From: Candidatus Parcubacteria bacterium | Lineage (GTDB): Bacteria > Patescibacteriota > Minisyncoccia > Phycocordibacterales > UBA918 | Assembly: GCA_046050355.1 (NCBI GenBank) | Contig: JBJOPW010000004.1 | Span: 5,800-69,799, forward strand | Direction of reading: 5' to 3' | DNA length: 64,000 bases | In this document: piece by piece, positions 27,801 to 35,415 of the stretch | Layout of the letters: every line of letters starts with the position of its first letter | Position numbering within the stretch: position 1 is the stretch's first letter | The notes under the pieces: model-generated | The model's database searches: none | The model's input: the letters and a program-made list of their open reading frames with translations, nothing else | What the model was told of the DNA's origin: nothing | Made by a program: the position numbers and the translations under genes

Positions 27801-28961
27801 ATGGTTCTCTTGAACAGCCTGAACCCACTGAAAGCAAAGAACCTAGTCGCAGGAAAGCACGCTGACGGCCAAGGACTTTGGCTAGTGAAGAGTGAGCGCA
27901 CTCGGGGAAAGTGGGTTCTCCGCGTTGTCGTCCAAGGAAAGCGTCGGGAAATGGGTTTGGGCCGGTGGCCTGACGTCTCCATTGCTGAAGCGCGTGAGTT
28001 GGCCGCGGAGGCGCGGAGGAAGCTCCGGACAGGCATCGATCCGATAGCTCAACGTGTTGAAGGCCGGAAGAAAGTCGTACGCCTAACGGTACAACAAGCA
28101 GTGGACGCGTGCTTCGAGGCACGAAAAGCAGAACTCAAGAGCGACGGCGAGGCGGGTCGCTGGATGTCTCCGCTCTCAGTCCACGTGCTGCCGGTGATTG
28201 GAAAGACTGCGATAGAGGACGTCGATCAACATGTGCTGAAGAAAGCTTTGGAGCCCATCTGGCACTCAAAGGCCGACACAGCTCGAAAAGCTCTAAACCG
28301 CCTCAGCTTGACCCTAAAGCATGCGGCTGCACTTGGACTGGAAGTAGACCTCCAGGCAACGATGAAGGTCCGGGCTCTCCTAGGCAAACAAAGGCACGTG
28401 TCCGAACACATTCCTTCGATGCCATACAAAGACGCACCGGCCTTCTATCGCTGGCTCTCCGAACAGACCTCGGCGGCAGCCCTACCGCTTCGCTTCCTCA
28501 TTTTGACAGCTGCCCGAACTGGAGAGGTGCGCTATGCTCGGCATAGCTACATTGAGGACAAAGTTCTTACACTCCCTCCCGAGATCACAAAGACCGGGCG
28601 TGAACACAAAATTCCGCTTACATCGGAAGCCGCAGCAGTGATCAACGCTGCGAAGCTGCAAGACAGCCAGGACCTGTTGTTCCCTTCCCCAACCGGAAAG
28701 ACCTTCTCTGATGCGACAATGTCACGATTAATGCAGCGTGAAGGCCTAGTTTATAGGCCCCATGGCTTCAGGGCCACATTCCGGACGTGGGTCGAAGAAC
28801 AAACTGACACTCCTCTCGAAGTGGCTGAGGCCGCACTCGGGCACGTCGTAGAGGGACAGGTCATCCGGGCCTACCAACGATCTGATCGACTTGAGAAACG
28901 ACGATCCTTGCTAGTCAAATGGAGCAAGTATCTGCAAGACACAGGACACCCCAACCCATAG
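27801..28961 (+). CDS. int: Tyrosine site-specific integrase (P4-like phage integrase family)
   Basis: GGGAGGA ribosome-binding site before the ATG at 27801. The C-terminal catalytic region HGFRATFRTW ... LGHV ... RAYQR has the R..HxxR..Y signature. Confidence 0.85.
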   Translation: MVLLNSLNPLKAKNLVAGKHADGQGLWLVKSERTRGKWVLRVVVQGKRREMGLGRWPDVSIAEARELAAEARRKLRTGIDPIAQRVEGRKKVVRLTVQQAVDACFEARKAELKSDGEAGRWMSPLSVHVLPVIGKTAIEDVDQHVLKKALEPIWHSKADTARKALNRLSLTLKHAAALGLEVDLQATMKVRALLGKQRHVSEHIPSMPYKDAPAFYRWLSEQTSAAALPLRFLILTAARTGEVRYARHSYIEDKVLTLPPEITKTGREHKIPLTSEAAAVINAAKLQDSQDLLFPSPTGKTFSDATMSRLMQREGLVYRPHGFRATFRTWVEEQTDTPLEVAEAALGHVVEGQVIRAYQRSDRLEKRRSLLVKWSKYLQDTGHPNP

Positions 28962-28976
28962 CAACCAAAAATACGG

Positions 28977-29738
28977 TCAAAGCCTGATTATTGTATCCTG
29001 AACCTGCAGAGCGCTCATCGCCGAGCAGAACTCAGTCAAGCCAAAGTCTCGATTAAATCGGTCATTAGACTCATGAACCAAAAGCGTCTTCGCCGCGAAG
29101 ACAGCGCCCGAATCACGTGCGAGTACTATAGCTCTCAAGTACTTCCGGTCCAAATCTCCAGAAATGCTACCAGACACAACCCGAAGATAACTGGTGTCTG
29201 CTCCTACAACATAGACACGATCTGCCTGGCAAAAGTAATAACCCTGATGATCGGGGTCAACGCTTTTCCGAGCAACTTGGAATGGAGAAACGTCATCATC
29301 ACCGATCGATCTGTAAGCGTCAAAGAACTTATCGAAGTTCTTGCGCTTAATGAAATTCATGAACCGGAATAGACCACAGTACTCAAAGAAAATTAACCCT
29401 CCAGAAACTAAGTCCCCAAACCCATCCGACCGGTAATAACGAAATGCACCAAGCAGAGTCCGTGCCTGCTGAATAGACTGACTATCTATCCCCAGACTCT
29501 CGCTAAGCGCTGAGTACGTTCTAAATTGCCTGTTTGGAACTCTCAAACACACGTCAACTTTTGCAAGAGACGAAAGTTCAACTTCTTCCCCCCTATAGAT
29601 TTTTTCAAGTGTCGCAATGTCTGGCGCACGCGAGCCAAAGACCTTCTTGAACGCCCGAGCAGTCTTGAAGCCGTCCGCTACCGCTCTAGCCAAAACTTCA
29701 TCACCGACCAACGTTCGAGCGCCTGACTTCAACACCAC
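28977..29738 (-). CDS. Hypothetical protein (orphan gene in an AT-richer patch)
   Basis: 253 aa; no recognised motif. Local GC is lower than the surrounding element. Confidence 0.4.
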   Translation of the reverse strand: MVLKSGARTLVGDEVLARAVADGFKTARAFKKVFGSRAPDIATLEKIYRGEEVELSSLAKVDVCLRVPNRQFRTYSALSESLGIDSQSIQQARTLLGAFRYYRSDGFGDLVSGGLIFFEYCGLFRFMNFIKRKNFDKFFDAYRSIGDDDVSPFQVARKSVDPDHQGYYFCQADRVYVVGADTSYLRVVSGSISGDLDRKYLRAIVLARDSGAVFAAKTLLVHESNDRFNRDFGLTEFCSAMSALQVQDTIIRL

Positions 29739-29943
29739 TACCCACTCCCGAATCTAACGATTCCTCATCAAATCGCAAGATTCTCATACCAGTCCCGGCA
29801 CTGCAAGATCAAGTCGCACGAGCGAGGTAACGATCCCAACAAACAACTGAAAATCGGTGTTTTACCAGTGACTCGTAGGCGTGCGACCATGGAGCCGCAG
29901 ATGAGAGCAACTGATCTGCGCGAACGTAGACGGGAGGAACAGA

Positions 29944-31272
29944 ATGCGCATCGCAATGGTTTACCCAGAAGTCTTCGACCTTGCACGGTTCAATGAAAAG
30001 CGGAAAGAGTTTCCGCCTTTTGGGGTAATGTACCTATCCGCCATGATGGAGCAGGCAGGGCACGTTGTCCAAGTATTTGCCATATCCTTCGAAACGAGTG
30101 CGATCGATTTCCGAGGCTTCGATGCAGTAGGATACTCCATCCCATCATCAGCAACTTTTGGTATAACAAAGAAGGTACGGTTTGCTAGTAAGTACGACGA
30201 GGGGGCACTGATCATGGCTGGTGGAGTACACGCAAACCTTTACCCACTGCAGACTCTGGATGAATTGGAACCGGACGTTGTTGGCATTGGTGAGTGCGAA
30301 CAGACCATACTCGACATCTTGGAGAGGGGTAAGAATGCGGATTTTGGTAACATCCTCGGAGTCGCCTTTAAGAAGAACGGGGAAGCAGTGAAGACACCTC
30401 CTCGTCGAGTAGATAAAGACATTGACTGGCTTCCACTTCCATCCCGACACCTCCTGCCTCGGTCAGACATTGTGATGAGCAATCGACTATCTAACACGGA
30501 CATCGAAATGGCCCACGTCATGTTCACACGTGGATGCCCGTTTCCGTGCAGGTTCTGTGCAGTTGCGCAAACTAAGATACAGTATCGCTCAGGCGCCAGC
30601 GCAAGACGTGAAATAGTTCACCTAATGGAAACTTATGGAATAGGTGGTTTCGCCATTGTCGATGACAATTTCATCGTTGACAAGCGTAAGGTTCATGACG
30701 TAGCCGAAAGCATCCAAGACCTCGGTGTAAAATGGTCGGCTCTTTCCCGAGTCGACACCATTGACAAAGAACTGCTCACGGCAATGGCCTCATCCGGATG
30801 CATCGAAATTAAGTTTGGAATGGAGTCAGGGAGTCAGAGAATTCTTGATGCAATGCAGAAAAACACGACCCCGGAACAGATCCTAGAGGCCGCAAGGCTT
30901 TCATATGAAGCCGGCATCAAGGCCAAGTTCTTTATTGTTCATGGTTATCCTGGTGAAAACATGGAGACCACAGCCGAGACAATCGCCCTCCTTGATAGAG
31001 CTAAAAGATATGTAGATCGAGTTTCGCTCTTCAGGTTTGCCCCATTGCCGGGGACATATGTCTACAATCACCCTGAAGAGTTCGGCCTCCGGGGAACGGA
31101 CCGGCAAGCAGACTGGGATGGCAACTGGGATAAATATCATATTTATCACAATGCGTACCACTGGTGGGGAACGGATGATCAATTTGAAGAGCTGAACAGG
31201 GCGCACACGGAGATCTCCAACTATATTGACGAAACTTGGCCAGCGACTTTTCAACCGCCCCAAAATGTGTAA
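29944..31272 (+). CDS. B12-binding-domain radical SAM protein (class B radical SAM family)
   Basis: N-terminal B12-binding-like Rossmann region, then FTRGCPFPCRFCAV (CxxxCxxC). 442 aa. Confidence 0.8.
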   Translation: MRIAMVYPEVFDLARFNEKRKEFPPFGVMYLSAMMEQAGHVVQVFAISFETSAIDFRGFDAVGYSIPSSATFGITKKVRFASKYDEGALIMAGGVHANLYPLQTLDELEPDVVGIGECEQTILDILERGKNADFGNILGVAFKKNGEAVKTPPRRVDKDIDWLPLPSRHLLPRSDIVMSNRLSNTDIEMAHVMFTRGCPFPCRFCAVAQTKIQYRSGASARREIVHLMETYGIGGFAIVDDNFIVDKRKVHDVAESIQDLGVKWSALSRVDTIDKELLTAMASSGCIEIKFGMESGSQRILDAMQKNTTPEQILEAARLSYEAGIKAKFFIVHGYPGENMETTAETIALLDRAKRYVDRVSLFRFAPLPGTYVYNHPEEFGLRGTDRQADWDGNWDKYHIYHNAYHWWGTDDQFEELNRAHTEISNYIDETWPATFQPPQNV

Positions 31273-31282
31273 AACTTAGAGA

Positions 31283-32029
31283 ATGGAGAGGATTGGAACT
31301 GTAGAAGCGGTGTTCCTACGCAAGGCACATGGCCGTGCTGTTGAGGAATCAACAGTCCTCAACTTAGTGGCTGATTTCGGGATCGTAGGGGATATCAACT
31401 TCTCGGCTTCGTCGCCTCGCCATTTGCTACTTAAGAGGATTGGACGTCCAGGCGATTGGACGGACAACGCCGGTTACTTCAATGAAAACGTTTCTTTCAC
31501 TTCTGAAAGTCTGAATTCGCTTCGTCCGGGAGACATCGTAAGAGTTGGCTCCGCAACTCTCCTCGTTCGTTCAAAAAATGAGCGGTGCAACATTTTTGCG
31601 CCAGAGGTCCGCGTGGCACGAGGCCTTCATTGTGTTTGCATAGACGCCGGATCCATTCGTCGTTCGGATGACATCATAAAGCTCGGTAGCGTTTCTATCG
31701 CAGAGGACAGTCGCGCGGCACTATTGGTAACGGGCCTCAGGGCTGTTCCGCTCGGAAGAGTGGTGACTTTTGAAGATGCATGCACTATGATTGGTGGCAG
31801 CCGCCCACACTTGCGGATCATTCCAAGACTGCTAAAGATTGCAATTACTTTGCATCCAACTGGGGTTCCATTTCACAGGTTAGTCAAATCTAAGGGTGAT
31901 CTAATTGACAACATTGTCACTGATCAGATGCTCCTCCTGGCGGCGGAAGGTATATCGACTTCAAACGGAAGAACTGTAAATCTTCAGTTCCGTCATGTTT
32001 TCGGGAGAAACCCATTTTGCGAAATGTAA
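31283..32029 (+). CDS. MOSC-like beta-barrel domain protein (putative)
   Basis: 248 aa. GD...PGDIVRVGSATLLVRSKNERCNIF resembles the MOSC PCxxL Cys motif. Moderate. Confidence 0.4.
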   Translation: MERIGTVEAVFLRKAHGRAVEESTVLNLVADFGIVGDINFSASSPRHLLLKRIGRPGDWTDNAGYFNENVSFTSESLNSLRPGDIVRVGSATLLVRSKNERCNIFAPEVRVARGLHCVCIDAGSIRRSDDIIKLGSVSIAEDSRAALLVTGLRAVPLGRVVTFEDACTMIGGSRPHLRIIPRLLKIAITLHPTGVPFHRLVKSKGDLIDNIVTDQMLLLAAEGISTSNGRTVNLQFRHVFGRNPFCEM

Positions 32030-32433
32030 GCTGCTTTGTCTCGATGGCAATTGAAGCTCGTGAAGCACTTAGTGAAGAGCTCTCCGCAATTAAGAGTGTG
32101 TGCAGTAGATTTGGTGTTAGAGCCCATGTCTTCCTAGATGAATACTCATTTGAGAAAGGCAAAGAATCCCAAATGATGGCGGAGGTCGTTTCGTGTATTA
32201 ATGGCTGTGATTTCTTGATTGCTGAAGTAAGCAAGAAGGCGATTGGGGTGGGGTGTGAGGTTGGCATCGCTGCAGCATTGGGAAAGCCGGTGATCTATTG
32301 TCGGCAGGCAGGGAGTCCAGCTTCGCTGACGGTTGGCGGACTGGCAAGTTTTACTCTGACTTATAGTGAAGCCAACGAACTTGCGCGGAAACTAAGTTTC
32401 GTATTAGAGAACAGGTTCTTCGAGTCCGACTAG
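32017..32433 (+). CDS. Nucleoside 2-deoxyribosyltransferase-like (NDT/SLOG-fold) protein
   Basis: CDFLIAEVSKKAIGVGCEVGIAAALGKPVIY matches the NDT-family D..IA..G...E.G.A.A.GKPV motif. An alternative start at 32044 is possible. Confidence 0.5.
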   Translation: MRNVSCFVSMAIEAREALSEELSAIKSVCSRFGVRAHVFLDEYSFEKGKESQMMAEVVSCINGCDFLIAEVSKKAIGVGCEVGIAAALGKPVIYCRQAGSPASLTVGGLASFTLTYSEANELARKLSFVLENRFFESD

Positions 32434-32548
32434 ATTTCGATGCTACTTGGACCGGATCCCGATCTTTTATCTGGGTGTCCGGCATCTAGTGTCTTAGTCA
32501 AGGCAATGAGAATTCATTGAAGTGAGGAAGTTTGAGAAGTGTTTCGAA

Positions 32549-32557
32549 GTGGGTCAC
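32549..32557. repeat. Internal third copy of the att core gtgggtcac, embedded in a ~25-bp att-arm-like sequence
   Basis: gagaagtgtttcgaagtgggtcaca (32534..32558) versus gagaagtgttccgatgtgggtcaca at the right junction: ~23/25 identical. Confidence 0.55.
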
Positions 32558-32811
32558 ATTTTGGAAGTTTCGGAGCCTTCCTCGTTGCTCCGGCTCATTG
32601 TTTAACTTGATGACGGTCGCCGTCACGGGTCAGTGTGTTGATCGTACAGGATCCATGAGTGGGGTTTCGAAGCGGTCCCTGCATACCTTGGAGTTCCGGG
32701 TAGCTCGGGTGGAGGATAGTGATATTCGAGGCGCTCTCCCGTGTGGAGTGCTCGCCAATGACAGTTTGGTCGCGCATGCTGTCAGGCGCAGGACGCTAGA
32801 AGACCCTCATT

Positions 32812-32846
32812 GACAACTCATGGTATAGTATCTATGTCTTACTAGC
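32812..32846 (+). promoter_or_regulatory. Putative sigma70-like promoter for the Ubl-E2-E1 operon
   Basis: TTGACA, a 17-bp spacer, then TATGTC; an AGAGG ribosome-binding site 7 nt before the ATG at 32865. Confidence 0.3.
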
Positions 32847-32864
32847 TAAATGTAGAGGTAAACC

Positions 32865-33107
32865 ATGTCCGAGAAATACAAATTCAAAGTTGAGAATGAA
32901 ACCTACGAGTGGGGCGATGCAACCATCACCGCAGCGGAAGTACGCGGGGTCGGTCCAGGGATTCCTGATAGCATGGATCTCTTTGTGAAGCTTCCCGGAA
33001 AGCCTGCGCGCTTAGTGTCGGATCCAGGCGAAGTCTTTGATCTCTCGAAGCCGGGAATCGAGAAATTCTTTGCGCAGAACTCATCGTCGGAAGCGGGCGC
33101 CAACTAA
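32865..33107 (+). CDS. Ubiquitin-like beta-grasp protein (Multiubiquitin-type single domain)
   Basis: 80 aa. Pattern KFKVENETYEWGDATITAAEVRG...PGIEKFF resembles prokaryotic Multiubiq/Ubl partners of E1/E2/JAB operons. The stop is 2 bp before the E2 gene. Confidence 0.45.
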   Translation: MSEKYKFKVENETYEWGDATITAAEVRGVGPGIPDSMDLFVKLPGKPARLVSDPGEVFDLSKPGIEKFFAQNSSSEAGAN

Positions 33108-33109
33108 TT

Positions 33110-33517
33110 ATGCCGTTATTGTTCGAAGATGACTACGAGTACTTGAAAAGTACTGGGCTAAAGTACGATGAGTACACGGACCAGCGCTTCTTGGTGGTCA
33201 GGGCTTACCCCGTTCCGGAGGGTAAGTACATCTTCGAAGGACAACCGGTTCGGACGGTCGATGTCCTGTCCATTATCCCGCCAAACTACAACACCGAAGG
33301 CTGCGACATGTTCTGGGTGCACCCAGCGATATCGCGTGCTGATGGAAAGCCCATTCCGGCAACTGGCGGCGACGACAGAGTCTTCGACAACACGACCTTC
33401 GTTCGTTGGTCCAGGCACTGGCCTGCCGGTCGATGGAGACCCAAGGTTGATACAATAGAGACCATATTGAGCCGTATCGACTGGGCCTTGCATAACCCAG
33501 ACCCTGCTGAAGCATGA
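33110..33517 (+). CDS. Prokaryotic E2-like (UBC-fold) protein
   Basis: 135 aa. IIPPNYNTEGCDMFWVHP has the HPN-like ... Cys arrangement. Overlaps the E1 gene by 4 bp (ATGA coupling). Confidence 0.5.
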   Translation: MPLLFEDDYEYLKSTGLKYDEYTDQRFLVVRAYPVPEGKYIFEGQPVRTVDVLSIIPPNYNTEGCDMFWVHPAISRADGKPIPATGGDDRVFDNTTFVRWSRHWPAGRWRPKVDTIETILSRIDWALHNPDPAEA

Positions 33518-34965
33518 GCCAACCCCGCATCACCCTCCTGCAATCACATCGAGAGCGCTTGGAGCGTTGGTTACCGTCTCATCCAGAGCATCACGAACGT
33601 GCCGCTGTAGTACTGTTCCGCTCGTTTGCACGAGAGGTACTGGAACAGACTCAATCAGAACGGCTCGTCTCGGTCGACGTGATCGAAATGACTGATGACT
33701 GGCTCGTGGAGAGCTCAGTCATCAGTGTCAAAGTCAACCTTCGAAAGCTTGTGGATCTGTATTTCCGCTGTGAGCAGGAGGGCTTACACTTAGGCTTCGT
33801 ACATAGTCACCCACTTGGTGCTGACGCCTTCTCGGGTCAGGACGATCAGAACGAACAAAACATCTTGCGGGGCTACGCTGGCTGCAATGGACGAGACTCA
33901 AGATTGGTGGCTCTTGTCTACGTCGACGGCGAGTGGATTGGTCGGGTGCGTTATGCGACCAAGCCAACCGAGAGCTCGCCTGTTCGTCACATACTTACAC
34001 TGGGGGAAACCCTTGCTGTACACCATTTGACCAACCCGGAGGGTGATCTGGCTACACTGGAGCGACAGGCGGCCGCTTTCGGTCGACCATTTAATCAAAA
34101 GCTTCAGTCTCTTAGAGTTGCAGTGGTTGGGTGCGGAGGTACCGGCTCACCAACTGCTACCCTTCTGGCTCGCGCAGGTGTCGGCGAACTTATTCTCATT
34201 GATGGTGACAACCTAGAGGAAAGCAATCTCAACCGGGTTCGAGGCTTGCGGAGAGATGATGTCGGACACAACAAGGCAGAGAGGCTGTGTTCGTACATCC
34301 GCTCCTTATCCCTGCCAACATCCGTGTCGTTTGTCCCCAATTATCTTGAGGACAATCGGGCAGCTGTCGACGCACTTTCCTCAGCCGATGTCGTATTCGG
34401 CTGCACCGACACCGTGGCAAGTCGAGAACTCTTAAACGAGGCTCTGTACTATTATGGGTTTGTGCTCATTGATTGCGGACTGTCGGGAGAAGTTGCCAGC
34501 ACTGCTGATGGGAAACCAAGGCTCATTGAGCATCGCGGTCGCGTAAGCACCGTGCAGCCCGAAACTGGAGCTTGCCTGCGCTGCCAAGGGGTCGTCACAG
34601 ACAACAAACTGAGATACGAGAGAGCGGTCAACGAGAACCCAGAGCTCAAGAAGCTCGACGCCAAAACGCTGCTCCGCGAACATTATCTAGTTGGCGGAGG
34701 CGAAGCCGCTCCGGGGGTCGGACCGTTCACTAGCGCAACTGCCGATCTTGCTGTCTCCTCACTATTTGAACTCATTCATCCATACAGACAACTGGGCGGC
34801 GATTTCCGTCCTGACAATATTTGGCAAGATTACTTGCATATGACTTATCACAGTAACGAGCCCCGAAACCTTTCTGCCGATTGTTATTGCTGTGGCACGC
34901 GCGCGATCCTACTGAAGCGTGAGCGTCAAGTTCTACTGGACAGACCGGCACTTGGTACGATTTGA
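33514..34965 (+). CDS. JAB/MPN (JAMM) metalloprotease fused to an E1-like ThiF/MoeB adenylyltransferase
   Basis: JAMM motif HLGFVHSHPLGADAFSGQD (HxHx7Sx2D). ThiF Rossmann motif VAVVGCGGTGSPTATLLARAGVGELILIDGD. C-terminal CxxC pairs. Confidence 0.8.
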   Translation: MSQPRITLLQSHRERLERWLPSHPEHHERAAVVLFRSFAREVLEQTQSERLVSVDVIEMTDDWLVESSVISVKVNLRKLVDLYFRCEQEGLHLGFVHSHPLGADAFSGQDDQNEQNILRGYAGCNGRDSRLVALVYVDGEWIGRVRYATKPTESSPVRHILTLGETLAVHHLTNPEGDLATLERQAAAFGRPFNQKLQSLRVAVVGCGGTGSPTATLLARAGVGELILIDGDNLEESNLNRVRGLRRDDVGHNKAERLCSYIRSLSLPTSVSFVPNYLEDNRAAVDALSSADVVFGCTDTVASRELLNEALYYYGFVLIDCGLSGEVASTADGKPRLIEHRGRVSTVQPETGACLRCQGVVTDNKLRYERAVNENPELKKLDAKTLLREHYLVGGGEAAPGVGPFTSATADLAVSSLFELIHPYRQLGGDFRPDNIWQDYLHMTYHSNEPRNLSADCYCCGTRAILLKRERQVLLDRPALGTI

Positions 34966-34966
34966 T

Positions 34967-35401
34967 ATGAATCTAGGCATTCCCAAGATATTTCTAAACT
35001 TCTGGAAGAAAGCACGGCTTCCAGAAATCCAAGAACCTACCAATCATGTGAGGCACTATCAAGCTGCCCTGATCTTGGAAAGAACACCAAGCAACTCGGC
35101 AATCGGAGATCGCGATTTTGTATTCGTGATCTATGAGACCGTTCCACGGTGGGCACTGTTTCGATGCCCCTGCGGCTGTAGCGAAGTCATCAGCCTACCC
35201 CTAGCTGCTCCACACAATCCTCGATGGGCCGTCTATGTCGACGAGGATGGCTTCGCTTCTCTGTATCCATCCGTTTGGCGCAACACTGGCTGCATGAGTC
35301 ACTTTGTAATTCGCTCAGGATGTGTATTCTGGGCGAATAAGAGCGGGGTCAGCCCATTTGAAGCCAGCCCAAATTTCTATAAGCCTCGCATTCCCAAGTA
35401 G
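34967..35401 (+). CDS. Cys-rich putative zinc-binding protein, fourth gene of the Ubl operon
   Basis: CPCGC...GCMSHF...SGC cysteine clusters. The ATG at 34967 lies 1 nt after the E1 stop; a longer ORF from 34919 is possible. Confidence 0.4.
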   Translation: MNLGIPKIFLNFWKKARLPEIQEPTNHVRHYQAALILERTPSNSAIGDRDFVFVIYETVPRWALFRCPCGCSEVISLPLAAPHNPRWAVYVDEDGFASLYPSVWRNTGCMSHFVIRSGCVFWANKSGVSPFEASPNFYKPRIPK

Positions 35402-35415
35402 AAGGGACGTGAGCT

